This document shows, piece by piece, positions 27,924 to 37,551 of a DNA stretch of 64,000 nt. The translations under genes were made by a program, and so were the position numbers. The DNA is from a virus. Its lineage: Duplodnaviria; Caudoviricetes. The stretch covers positions 128,001 to 192,000 of IMG/VR virus record IMGVR_UViG_3300014205_000175. The stretch is one strand, 5' to 3'. The notes under the pieces were generated by a model. It did no database searches and was not told the origin of the DNA. It saw nothing but the letters and a program-made list of their open reading frames with translations. Position 1 is the first letter of the stretch; every line of letters starts with the position of its first letter.

Positions 27924-29229
27924 GTATGATTATCTATTGCAGGTTTTTCAGCACGGAGCATATAGACATAAGAGTTGGGTAATCGCAGCTACTTCGATCG
28001 TACAAGAGAATCTCACAGACTATCAACGTGATCCTTACCCGTGTCGGCTAGTGCAAACCCCTACGGGTTATAGTTTTGTCGATCCGACTAACCCTGAGCA
28101 ACTCATCCCGATCGAAGATGCTCCTGCTGGCCAACCATTGGTGCAGTTCAAAGAACCACTACAGGTTGATCCACGCTGGGCTGAGAACATCACTACTACC
28201 ATAGATACTACTTTCGGTAATGCTCTAGTCAATTCGATTACGATCGCCGATGTGTTCGGTAAAAAACTACCGTATCTGGAAGGCAAAGTCACGGTCGATA
28301 GAGTCGAAACATTGATTGCATCACGGCTACGTGATACTCCTGTGAGCATCGATAAACGGGAAGATCGATACATCTATGTAGATGAGTATCTACGTTACAT
28401 TGATCGCTTGCAATACCTAGCTTCATTGTCATCGGTATGTGTGTGGTCAGCTACGCGTAAAAATATCGTTGCTCCAGTAGGCATCCAGCAGTATCGCGAT
28501 CAGCTGGTTAAAGAGTACGGCGATCAACTGCGCGATCCCTCCCGTTTAGCAGAGTTCGAGAAAAAACTACGCGATTACGATAGCGAGTATCTCAAAGGTG
28601 ATCCGAGCGATGGTGTGTTTATCACAGGTAAAGTTAAAAACATCGCACGTAAAAAAATGTATCTAAGTATCGGAAACGAGAGTAGCTTTACTCAGACGAC
28701 TACTGCAACACCGATTATTCAGTCTTTGGAAGAAGGCTGGCCAACTGACCCGACAGAATATACTGCATTGATGAACGGTTTGCGATTTGGTTCATTTGCT
28801 CGCGGTGCTGAGACTGTCAACGGCGGAGTGACGGCTAAGTCGCTACTGCGCTCACTCGGTAGTTACACTATTACTATGGATGATTGCGGTTCTAGTTTAG
28901 GACTTACACGTTGCTTTACTGACGACGATTATGAGCTACTCATCGATCGTTACATCTATGAAGCTGGTAAATTAGTTCTAGTAGAGTCAGATTCTATGGC
29001 ACGTGCATATATAGGACGTGACGTAATCATGCGTTCACCACTTTACTGTCAGTCGAAGGCAGAGAGTTTCTGTCGTTACTGCGTTGGAGAAAAGCTGGCT
29101 AGTAACCCTAATGGATTGAGTCTAGCAGTAACTGACGTATCGGCAGTTATTCTCGCTTCGTTCATGAAACTAATGCACGGTACGGTTTTGGCATCAGCAC
29201 ATTTTGATTATGAAGTAGGATTAACCTGA
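27916..29229 (+). CDS. Virion RNA polymerase beta' subunit (phiKZ gp80-like)
   Basis: TTFGNALVN, SLEEGW, RFGSFARGAETVNGG, DDCGS, MRSPLYC...FCRYCVG, FMKLMHG; start at 27916 after GGAG. Confidence 0.85.
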   Translation: MNKYDYLLQVFQHGAYRHKSWVIAATSIVQENLTDYQRDPYPCRLVQTPTGYSFVDPTNPEQLIPIEDAPAGQPLVQFKEPLQVDPRWAENITTTIDTTFGNALVNSITIADVFGKKLPYLEGKVTVDRVETLIASRLRDTPVSIDKREDRYIYVDEYLRYIDRLQYLASLSSVCVWSATRKNIVAPVGIQQYRDQLVKEYGDQLRDPSRLAEFEKKLRDYDSEYLKGDPSDGVFITGKVKNIARKKMYLSIGNESSFTQTTTATPIIQSLEEGWPTDPTEYTALMNGLRFGSFARGAETVNGGVTAKSLLRSLGSYTITMDDCGSSLGLTRCFTDDDYELLIDRYIYEAGKLVLVESDSMARAYIGRDVIMRSPLYCQSKAESFCRYCVGEKLASNPNGLSLAVTDVSAVILASFMKLMHGTVLASAHFDYEVGLT

Positions 29230-29239
29230 GGAGTAAAAA

Positions 29240-29956
29240 ATGACGTGGGAAGAATTCGATGTAGGTACCGATCCTAGCCCACCGAAACCAGCATCGCAGT
29301 CTTATCCGTCTAAAAGTTACGGTGGGCAAGGTGGTGGTCAAGGAAGCTGGAATAGTAACCGTCAAGGTGGCGGTGGTAATAACTGGGGCAATAAATCCAA
29401 GTTCCAAAAACGTCCGCCGCAAGAAGAAGGGCCAGCAGAGCTTTATCTGCCGTACGTCGTAGTTTTCAATCAAGACATGCCTGAGGCAAGTAAGTCGCTA
29501 CTAGAAGGGGTGGTGCGGCGTTTGGATGAAGCTGGCTATACGTTGCGTATGGGTGGCAATACCGGTCCTGAAGAAGATTTTGAAAAACTCTCCAAACGTG
29601 TCGAATTACATCTACCTTGGCGTGGTTTTAATCAAAAAGAGAGCAAATCTACTTTTAATACCAAGAACGCTTTTGAAATCGCTAAAACGTTCTCACCGGT
29701 CTACGATAAGTTTTCTGACCCTATCAAGGCAATGCTCGCACGCAATGTCCGTTTAGTGTTAGGTAAAGAGCTCAAAAGCCCAACCCTACTGCTAGTGACA
29801 TGGAGTGCTGATGGAGCTGAGAGTGCAGCTGAGCGCACCGCTAGAACCGGTAACGTCGGTCATGTCATCGCTATGGCCTCAGCACTACGTGTACCAGTTT
29901 TTAATCTAGCCAAAGCAAATACTCTGGAGCGCATCCAGCAGTATCTTTCCCAATAA
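29240..29956 (+). CDS. SLOG/DprA-like protein with G/N/Q-rich N-terminal tail
   Basis: TLRMGG...FE...LHLPWRGFN...ARNVRLVLG...VTWSADG...IAMA...PVFNL. Confidence 0.75.
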   Translation: MTWEEFDVGTDPSPPKPASQSYPSKSYGGQGGGQGSWNSNRQGGGGNNWGNKSKFQKRPPQEEGPAELYLPYVVVFNQDMPEASKSLLEGVVRRLDEAGYTLRMGGNTGPEEDFEKLSKRVELHLPWRGFNQKESKSTFNTKNAFEIAKTFSPVYDKFSDPIKAMLARNVRLVLGKELKSPTLLLVTWSADGAESAAERTARTGNVGHVIAMASALRVPVFNLAKANTLERIQQYLSQ

Positions 29957-29974
29957 TTCAACAGGAGCTTTAAG

Positions 29975-30649
29975 ATGGCGAAAACCCCCGAAGTCAAAGA
30001 TCAAGGCACCGAGGTTCAAGCAACCGAACCGGTAGCTGCAGTCACAGTAGAAAATACGGCAACCGCTGCATCTCCCGAACCTGTAGCGCCAGTAGTTACA
30101 ACCGCTACTAGCGAAGTCAGCAGCAACGTCACCACCACTGTCGCTCAGGCACCGGTGCAGGTGGCTGGTGTCAAAAAAGCTGGCATGGATTTTGAGCAAC
30201 GTATCGCCGATCTCAAAACCAACGGTACGCCGAACCAGAAAACTGTTATCGCTGAGATCGAAACCTATTTGGATCGCATGCGTCCGGGCCGTCCGCTGAG
30301 CGGAGACGTTGGGGCGAGCTACCAGTTTAGTTTCTGGATGACTCTGTCGAAGATCGTGCACCGTATGCCGCACGATGAATTCAAGAATTTGTGGTCGCTT
30401 GTGCTGTCGTACTTTCATCAGTATCGCGATGGTGCATTCAGTGATCGATACATCTATCGGTTTGCTGAGTTCTGGTCGCAGCCCGAGAAACAACTCAACG
30501 CTTATCAACGGCTAGTCAATCTCATCAAAGTAACCGCAGACCCACTCACGCGTGAGCGCGGTTTACGGCAAGTCAGCATGGAGCGCACGCTCTCTGAAGG
30601 CTTTGACGAAGCAGCACGTCAGCGCATCATTGGTTTTTATCAGCGTTAA
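29975..30649 (+). CDS. Conserved hypothetical protein (gp81-like position)
   Basis: 224 aa; T/A/V-rich N-terminus and helical C-domain. Confidence 0.65.
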   Translation: MAKTPEVKDQGTEVQATEPVAAVTVENTATAASPEPVAPVVTTATSEVSSNVTTTVAQAPVQVAGVKKAGMDFEQRIADLKTNGTPNQKTVIAEIETYLDRMRPGRPLSGDVGASYQFSFWMTLSKIVHRMPHDEFKNLWSLVLSYFHQYRDGAFSDRYIYRFAEFWSQPEKQLNAYQRLVNLIKVTADPLTRERGLRQVSMERTLSEGFDEAARQRIIGFYQR

Positions 30650-30662
30650 TATCACGCACTGA

Positions 30663-30699
30663 ATCATCACCCGGAGCCTAATGAGCTTCGGGTGATGAT
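30663..30699. terminator. Long hairpin with CTAATGA loop
   Basis: atcatcacccggagc ctaatga gcttcgggtgatgat. Confidence 0.65.
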
Positions 30700-30775
30700 C
30701 GTGTTTGTGGGAGATTTTTCTAACGTAGGGATAATCTGATGAAGAATTAAAAAAATAGTAAAGAGGGAGTGTATT

Positions 30776-31609
30776 ATGGCCATAGGGTTAAAGATATATA
30801 AGGTTAACAGTATTCCTACGGTATTGGTTCCGTCGGCGCTGTATTTGGTGCGTGATCCTACTACTTTGAGTCTGAGTGTTTTTGTCAGCGACAACACAGG
30901 CACAACATTGCACGGTATACAAACGGTAGAACTCGAAGGTGAGAGTTTGTTAAGTTTCATCAATAGTCTTAAAGATCAACCCGGTGGTATCGCCGGCATT
31001 GATCAGAATGACATTATGTCTTCAGCCGTACGTCTTAATGGTCAGGATAATCTCATTGTTACTTCTGGTAATGGCAGGGTGTGGTATGATCTGACTTCGA
31101 ACTTCATCGTGCGTAACTTTAATGGAGGAAATAATCCTTCGTTTGGGGTCGTGCAGGGTAATCTGCAAGGGTTGTTATTTAGTGCCACAACAATGAACCA
31201 AGTGTGGTGCGATTATCATATCTCGCACGATATTGCATTAGGAACGAAACTCTACCCGCACGTGCATTGGATGCCTATTACCGATGATGTTGGTGTCGTA
31301 CGATGGGGTATAGAGTATACGGTAGCCAAAGGGCATCAGCAGCAGTCTTTCCATTCGCCGGTGACGGTATATGTGACGCAGCATATTACGACTCCGTCAC
31401 GTTTTTTGCATTGTATTGCAGAAGTCTCGGAGTTAGATGCCGTCCCAGCGATTAATGTTGAACCTGATTCATTTGTTAAAATACGTGTTTTTCGTGATGC
31501 TGTCAATGATAGTTACCCGGCAGCCATACACGCATGGCACTGTGATTTGCATTACCAGATAGAGCGAACAGGTACGATCAACCGCGCTCCTAACTTCTAC
31601 GGTGAATGA
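30776..31609 (+). CDS. Putative fibre/virion-associated protein
   Basis: 277 aa; beta-rich C-domain HISHD...YPHVHW...VRWGIEY; next to a tail-fibre-assembly-like gene. Confidence 0.5.
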   Translation: MAIGLKIYKVNSIPTVLVPSALYLVRDPTTLSLSVFVSDNTGTTLHGIQTVELEGESLLSFINSLKDQPGGIAGIDQNDIMSSAVRLNGQDNLIVTSGNGRVWYDLTSNFIVRNFNGGNNPSFGVVQGNLQGLLFSATTMNQVWCDYHISHDIALGTKLYPHVHWMPITDDVGVVRWGIEYTVAKGHQQQSFHSPVTVYVTQHITTPSRFLHCIAEVSELDAVPAINVEPDSFVKIRVFRDAVNDSYPAAIHAWHCDLHYQIERTGTINRAPNFYGE

Positions 31610-32210
31610 GATGCATGATAACATTTTTGCTCGTATAGATGGCGGTGTGATCGTTCAGTATCCTCTTAATATCGACGACATCAACCAACGTAATATTCCA
31701 ACCGACGTTTATTTACCGTGTTACTTTTCCGAAGACCACGCGTCGATAGCAGCGCGATTAAAACTATCTGAGAAAATTCTTTATTATCCGAAGATTGTAG
31801 GGACTGTCGTATATGTTGATTGCTGCACAGTGAAAAAAACTATCGTCGAGATGTTTGATTATCTGCACCAAGTAGCATTACGTCTAGATGCCGAGAATAA
31901 CCCCTACATTGACCGGATACTAGTGACATCACAGATCTACAGTGCTTTTGAAGAAGTTATCAAAGAGCACGTCAGTGCTGAGTTAAATACCTTTGCACGC
32001 ACACGAGGCTATGATGATCTACGCTCAGTGTGCACGTATTATAACTCTAGTAACCCAACCTATCAAACCGAAGCTACGCGTGCTATCTATCTACGCGATG
32101 AGACATGGTCAACGCTGTATCAGTATTTTCAAGATGTTCAAACCGGAACTGCTGAGATCCCGGTGTATTGGAGTGAGATACAAGTTATGCTGCCACAGCT
32201 CACATGGTAG
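31602..32210 (+). CDS. Tail fibre assembly-like protein
   Basis: C-terminal ARTRGYDDLRSVCTYYNSSNPTYQTEA...RDETW...LPQLTW. Confidence 0.65.
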   Translation: MNEMHDNIFARIDGGVIVQYPLNIDDINQRNIPTDVYLPCYFSEDHASIAARLKLSEKILYYPKIVGTVVYVDCCTVKKTIVEMFDYLHQVALRLDAENNPYIDRILVTSQIYSAFEEVIKEHVSAELNTFARTRGYDDLRSVCTYYNSSNPTYQTEATRAIYLRDETWSTLYQYFQDVQTGTAEIPVYWSEIQVMLPQLTW

Positions 32211-32260
32211 CATTGCCAGCACAATAATAACAAAGTACCTTGGTTAATGGAATTTAACTG

Positions 32261-32280
32261 AGTCACATATATAGTACATG
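32261..32280 (+). promoter_or_regulatory. Putative early promoter
   Basis: agtcacatatatagtacatg. Confidence 0.75.
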
Positions 32281-32301
32281 AATCAAACCTCAGAGGGCAA
32301 A

Positions 32302-32718
32302 ATGATTATATCCGTCGGTAATCCTGGTGTGAAGAACTCGTTTTACGAGGGTGTTTTTAAACATATTCCGCCAGAGATGATTTTTGTCTTTGGTAGTAAT
32401 TTAGCCGGTCGGCATGGTAAGGGGGCAGCCTTAACAGCTAGGCAGCAGTATGGTGCTGAATACGGCGTAGGTATCGGTTTAACTGGGCAGAGCTATGCTA
32501 TCCCTACCAAAGATCATGAAATTCGCCCACTCCCGCTAGCAGTAGTGTCGCATCACATCGCTGAATTTGTCAAGTTTAGTAAGCAGGGTCAGCACAATTT
32601 CTATGTCACTCCGGTAGGCACTGGGTTGGCGGGATTTTCTCACGCGATGATTGCACCGCTCTTTCGTGGTTCGATCAATTGCTGGTTTCCTAGAGAGTGG
32701 GAGAAATACTTAAGATGA
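32302..32718 (+). CDS. A1S_2505-family (macrodomain-like) phage protein
   Basis: IFVFGSNLAGRHGKGAA...GQSYAIPT...FYVTPVGTGLAG. ATG 32278 lies inside the promoter motif, so 32302 is preferred. Confidence 0.8.
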   Translation: MIISVGNPGVKNSFYEGVFKHIPPEMIFVFGSNLAGRHGKGAALTARQQYGAEYGVGIGLTGQSYAIPTKDHEIRPLPLAVVSHHIAEFVKFSKQGQHNFYVTPVGTGLAGFSHAMIAPLFRGSINCWFPREWEKYLR

Positions 32719-32763
32719 CGACATAATATGGAATTTTCCATACTACGTAAAGGGGTACTAGTC

Positions 32764-33378
32764 ATGCGGTTTATTTTGATTGCCTTGATGGTATTTTTAA
32801 CTACGGGATGCGCGACTAGTTATGATAAATATCATCAAGCAGTAGATAAGGCTAATCAACGCGCTGTAGAGATACAAACGGCTAAGTCTCAAGCAGATGC
32901 TGCTAAATATGCCGCTTTGTCGCAGATCGCAGCTACTGGAGACACTACTGCCAGAGTAGCCGTTGCTATGGCTATTGCATTTAGTCAAGCCAACCAGCAA
33001 AGTGTTCAAACCCATGCTCCTGCACGTCCTGAAAATGAAGTCAGGGAATGGGCGAAGATCGTAGTCCCTACCGTGGGTAGTATGGGGTTGGGATATTTTC
33101 AAATGCGTCAAGGCATAGCTGCTAGTGAGGCTCAGCGAGATGTAGCTGTCAGTACCAATGCTGCTTTTCAGGGCATGGGAGAGAGCATCGGTCAAGCTGG
33201 TGTGGCCGGTTATCAATATATCCAATCACCGCAAGCTAACACCACCATCGGCGGTAGTGTAGTAGGTGGTGATCAGGTAGGTGACTATAGCGGCGAGATG
33301 TCTGGCAATAGCGGTGAGTTAGTAACTGGTGGATATACATCTACCATCACTGAAACTGAAGAAGTAGCAGCGGAGTAA
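32764..33378 (+). CDS. Lipoprotein
   Basis: Signal peptide with lipobox MRFILIALMVFLTTG|C. Confidence 0.75.
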   Translation: MRFILIALMVFLTTGCATSYDKYHQAVDKANQRAVEIQTAKSQADAAKYAALSQIAATGDTTARVAVAMAIAFSQANQQSVQTHAPARPENEVREWAKIVVPTVGSMGLGYFQMRQGIAASEAQRDVAVSTNAAFQGMGESIGQAGVAGYQYIQSPQANTTIGGSVVGGDQVGDYSGEMSGNSGELVTGGYTSTITETEEVAAE

Positions 33379-33450
33379 ATAAAAATACCCCTCCTAGCCA
33401 TTAATGAGCTGGGAGGGGTGTAATATCTATTTTTGAAAAAAGGGAGTGTC

Positions 33451-33807
33451 GTGAAAGTTATTTTCGTCTTGTCAAAAGAACAGCTAGTATGTGCCATGGA
33501 GTTAGCTTATACTAATGAAATCAGTTATCAGCCACCGACAGGAGAATGGGTGTGGGCTGGTAATTTAGGAGGATGGTTGCAAGAGGGTTCTCAACCTTTT
33601 ACTAGTGGCTACCTGGCTCTAGAATCAGACAGAATGGTGTATGAGGGTGAAGTCTGTGCACTGACTAAAACCGTGTTAATCGATATCATGGAGGAGATAT
33701 TCGGTTGTTCGGTTACTGAAGCTGGTGAGCCGTTTTATTACGAAGCTGTATCTACGGATGCAAGCTGGTATGAAGATTCGAACCTACGGATGTCAGAGTT
33801 TAACTAG
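33451..33807 (+). CDS. Hypothetical acidic protein
   Basis: GTG start after GGGAG. Confidence 0.5.
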   Translation: MKVIFVLSKEQLVCAMELAYTNEISYQPPTGEWVWAGNLGGWLQEGSQPFTSGYLALESDRMVYEGEVCALTKTVLIDIMEEIFGCSVTEAGEPFYYEAVSTDASWYEDSNLRMSEFN

Positions 33808-33923
33808 CAGGATGCAGTGAACTATGGTTAGATGGGATGGTTTCAGAACGTGTTTAATAAAAAAATACCTAGTTGCATTAGTGAGGGTATTTTTTTTTTA
33901 TGAGTAAAAATCCTAACTCACGC

Positions 33924-33966
33924 CTACTTCCTTCAGCTAGCTTGTGAGGCTAGCTGAAGGAAGTAG
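33924..33966. terminator. 18-bp perfect hairpin between convergent genes
   Basis: ctacttccttcagctagc ttgtgag gctagctgaaggaagtag. Confidence 0.75.
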
Positions 33967-33973
33967 ATAATGT

Positions 33974-35644
33974 TCAGTGTTTATTAGCTAGGTACAGCTC
34001 TAATGCTTCTTGCGGTTTAGGAAGCTTAAACATGGTGATGCCGTATTCTAGTGCGTTGACTGGTCCGGACATGAGGTTAATGTTCTGCATACGAAACACA
34101 TCTTCACTAACTCCTTTGACGTTGATGAGTTCGCGCCGTGTAGTTTCTTTACTAACTGACAACGATGTGATCGCCGTAGGATATGCAGCGACTGCATCCG
34201 AGTCATATACCATACAGCGAATATTGGTGGAAATGTTTTGATTACCGGCAATAACCGGTAGACCGTGCACTTGAAGCTCAGCTGGGAGCGTAACAATCCA
34301 ACCTTTGAGCCCTAGTCCTTCATCTTCCTCCTCATCCTCATCATCGCTGTAACCCACACTACCTAACACGAAACTTCGGTCCATGCAGTAAAAGTGCAGT
34401 GCATCTGCAATGCGTTTAGGCTGTGAGTTGAACTTCTGAAACTCTGTCACGCCGGCGAATTCAGGTACTGTGAATGACAAGTCTTTGGTTTTATCATCGA
34501 GCTCCAACATTGACAAGCAGTCGTAGCGGTTATACACGATGTATTCGACTGGATAGTTCTCCTGCATGAAATCGTGCCAGCGCAGCCCAGAATATTCATC
34601 GGCTTGTTCAAAGGTGAGTTTGCGACTACTGAGTTCTTTATTAAGAATCGCATCGAGTGCATAGCTCGGCTCTTCAGCTTTCGATAACCGTAGCTGTTTA
34701 TACACACACATTGCATCGAGTACGTAAAAGCCTGCTGTCAAAATAAAAGTATGCCATCTGGCAGCTGGGCTGATGGGCGTGACTTTACCACTGGCAGTGA
34801 CTTTCTTTTTTCTGCCTTCTTTGTATTTACAGATCCGTGCTACTTCAGGGACATTGGGATCGCACAATACGTCAGTGGCTTTGACACGGTGGCGTTCTAA
34901 CATCTCTAGTACTTTCGGGATGTCATAGTCCATGTTCCAGATCGCCAATATATCGGGTGACCATTGATGGGCTTTGGCAAAAACGTGACGAATCAGCTCG
35001 ACTTCGCTATCGAACACTTCAACTTCGTCTTCGAGCCGGTCACGGTACTGTGGTAGATAACGATGCATTGCTGCACGCAGTGACATTTTTAGATCTCCGA
35101 TACCCGAGACCAAATCGCGTAGCACCCCAGTATAGACTCGGTTACGAAAAGCGATCGTCGCCATCTTGACGATCGTCACACCGTTGACGAGCTTGGTTTC
35201 AATGTCGAAACTAGCAATGTTGTAAGGGCTGATATGATCGGGGTACTTTTGCATGTAGTTATGCCGGATTAATGACGCGCTACTGATATCGATACCATAG
35301 ACGTACGGCGAAGCGGCGAGTTTTTTCAAGTGATCATTAGTGTACGTGAGCTCTAATGCTTTGGCGACATGATCGCGTAGCTGACTCTCGGTGCACTCGT
35401 ACTCAACTAGATTGTCCAAGTGTTCCCATTCTTTTTTCTGGGTATGGCTACGTTTGGATTTGTTGGTAACCCAGAACTTGCGACGAAAGTCCTTGACCAG
35501 TCGCACGTTTGGCGTGATGCTACCATCTGACCAATGTTGCTGCTCTTTAATCAGATGGAGATCAGGGCGGACATTATATCGTTCCGGAATATGAATGGCA
35601 AATTTGCATTCCCGTGCTACGATAGTCGGTTTCATGTTATTCAT
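33974..35644 (-). CDS. Family B DNA polymerase, exonuclease plus N-terminal palm part (phiKZ gp82-like; split polymerase)
   Basis: ExoI SFDIET, ExoII WNMDYDIP, ExoIII YNRYD, motif A-like DSDAVAAYPT; no motif C. Confidence 0.85.
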   Translation of the reverse strand: MNNMKPTIVARECKFAIHIPERYNVRPDLHLIKEQQHWSDGSITPNVRLVKDFRRKFWVTNKSKRSHTQKKEWEHLDNLVEYECTESQLRDHVAKALELTYTNDHLKKLAASPYVYGIDISSASLIRHNYMQKYPDHISPYNIASFDIETKLVNGVTIVKMATIAFRNRVYTGVLRDLVSGIGDLKMSLRAAMHRYLPQYRDRLEDEVEVFDSEVELIRHVFAKAHQWSPDILAIWNMDYDIPKVLEMLERHRVKATDVLCDPNVPEVARICKYKEGRKKKVTASGKVTPISPAARWHTFILTAGFYVLDAMCVYKQLRLSKAEEPSYALDAILNKELSSRKLTFEQADEYSGLRWHDFMQENYPVEYIVYNRYDCLSMLELDDKTKDLSFTVPEFAGVTEFQKFNSQPKRIADALHFYCMDRSFVLGSVGYSDDEDEEEDEGLGLKGWIVTLPAELQVHGLPVIAGNQNISTNIRCMVYDSDAVAAYPTAITSLSVSKETTRRELINVKGVSEDVFRMQNINLMSGPVNALEYGITMFKLPKPQEALELYLANKH

Positions 35645-35711
35645 GCCTTATGTGAAGTCCTGGTCAGAGGATATTTCTCATCTCTAATTTTTCCCCCCTA
35701 AGGAAATAGCT

Positions 35712-37058
35712 ATGTTCAAAAATCGCCCCGGTTCACGCATCAAAATCGCGCAGGAGTATATCTCCGAACAAAAAGACGGTTTCGGTCGTCAGGTCGAAGT
35801 GGTGTTTGAAGAAATCATCGACTATACTAAGTCGCATCCGAAAGAAAGTGCTCAGCAGATGGTGAAAACTCTGCCGCAGTTTCGCCTGCTGGAAGAGATT
35901 ACGTTCAAGCGTTTTGGGCTGCGCATCTCGATCGTGCATAATGCCTATACGCTGATGGGTGTGTTGCCGATGTTGCTGAACAAATACCATACCTTTCTTA
36001 ACCAAGGATTACATGGTTTCTCCGGCATCGAAGCCCAAGAGACCGTGATGAAAGGTTGGGGTGAGCAAGAAGGTACGATCAATCTCAAGAAAGCCAAAGT
36101 CGGCGGTATGTTCAGCACTTATGTGCATACGTTCTTTATCAACACTGCCGCCCTCATCGGTGAAGTCGATCTGAACGCCAAAGAACTCACTGCAGCATAT
36201 CTACACGAGATCGGTCATCTTTTTAACAACTACGAGTTCTCTAACCGCTTGGAAGCGAGCAACACGCTAATGGCGAACCTCGCGCAAGAGCTCAAGCACC
36301 CGAGCGATGATAAGAAGCTCACTTATCTCTATAAAGAATATCTCGATCTGACTGGCAACAGCGACGATCGTGATCTGCTCACCTCGGGTAAATCGCGCGT
36401 AGTCATCGGTAGCCGTATTTTCAAAGGCTACTTCGGTTACGTTAAATCCCAGTGGCCTAATTCCAAATACATGGAAACCAACTCGGAAGCATCCGCCGAT
36501 CTGTTCGCTGCACGTTTTGGTTACGGTCGTGATCTAGTCATCGGCATGTACAAGATCAATGAGAAGTATAGCTTCGAACATAGCCCGCGGCTACTGAGCT
36601 ACATGTCGTTTATCACCGACGTGATGCTCCTTGGGTTGCCGTTAGTGGCAGCTGGATTTAGCATCGCGGTTGGTGCCATCCCTCTCGGATTAGTGATGTT
36701 GCTGATGCTCGGTATGAACATGTATAATACCGGTAAAGATTTGCATGACATGACGTATGATGATCTTAAAGACCGTTACCTACGCATTCGTCAACAATAC
36801 GTACAGATGTTAAAAGATGGCGATATCGACCGCGCTGCGGCAGAATCGGTGTTGGAGAGCATTTATGCGACGGATCGTATCATTAAATCTACTGGTTCAT
36901 TCAAACCGTTAGTGACGCGTCTGGGTAACATTGTCTTTAGTCGGCATCGTAATGCTGATAATGACATCCAGCTACAACGACTCATCGAAGAGCTCGCGCA
37001 TAATGAGCTTTTCATCAAAGCCACTGAGTTTAATCTTGCTGTAAAAGCTGCCGCCTAA
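35712..37058 (+). CDS. Virion protein with HExxH motif and TM segment (gp84-like)
   Basis: YLHEIGH...EASADLFAARFGYG; hydrophobic stretch; synteny. Confidence 0.7.
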   Translation: MFKNRPGSRIKIAQEYISEQKDGFGRQVEVVFEEIIDYTKSHPKESAQQMVKTLPQFRLLEEITFKRFGLRISIVHNAYTLMGVLPMLLNKYHTFLNQGLHGFSGIEAQETVMKGWGEQEGTINLKKAKVGGMFSTYVHTFFINTAALIGEVDLNAKELTAAYLHEIGHLFNNYEFSNRLEASNTLMANLAQELKHPSDDKKLTYLYKEYLDLTGNSDDRDLLTSGKSRVVIGSRIFKGYFGYVKSQWPNSKYMETNSEASADLFAARFGYGRDLVIGMYKINEKYSFEHSPRLLSYMSFITDVMLLGLPLVAAGFSIAVGAIPLGLVMLLMLGMNMYNTGKDLHDMTYDDLKDRYLRIRQQYVQMLKDGDIDRAAAESVLESIYATDRIIKSTGSFKPLVTRLGNIVFSRHRNADNDIQLQRLIEELAHNELFIKATEFNLAVKAAA

Positions 37059-37077
37059 CCTGACAGGAGTTTTTAAG

Positions 37078-37551
37078 ATGTATCTTTTCGCTAAACTTAA
37101 CAAGGACTCGCAAGAGTTTGTCACGCGTCTGACCAATTCCGGCACCAGCCGCAAAAAGCTTGTGAGCTACTGTATCGGTAAAGCCATCGCGGATGAGCTA
37201 CCGATGTGTGCACAAGCGCAAACCGATATCCGTCAGTTCTTTCGCCTGACGCTGGAGATGAACGTCTCACGTACCCTCTCCGCAATCAATGAGCTCATCG
37301 TTATCGATCCGCTCGTGGTGATCGAATATGTACGTAACATTTATATTTGGCGCTACCGTATCGCGTTTGATCCGCCGATGGCTATGTGTTCTAACAAAGA
37401 CACGGTAACGGCGGATTTTCTGAGTTTCTCGCAGTACGTCGATCGTGATACCATCGCCACGACGGAAGAGGATTTCTTTACTGCGATGCGTGTCTACAAT
37501 AGTGCCCGTAGCCTCTATCGCGATCTACGCAGCACCGAGGTTCCGGCATGA
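37078..37551 (+). CDS. Putative virion protein (gp85-like)
   Basis: 157 aa, AGGAG RBS, synteny. Confidence 0.6.
   Translation: MYLFAKLNKDSQEFVTRLTNSGTSRKKLVSYCIGKAIADELPMCAQAQTDIRQFFRLTLEMNVSRTLSAINELIVIDPLVVIEYVRNIYIWRYRIAFDPPMAMCSNKDTVTADFLSFSQYVDRDTIATTEEDFFTAMRVYNSARSLYRDLRSTEVPA

Noticed and set aside
33808-33920. tRNA or ncRNA in the larger intergenic gaps (also 13800-14028, 61635-61743)
   Set aside because: No cloverleaf or T-loop signature; only promoter motifs, A/T tracts and simple hairpins.
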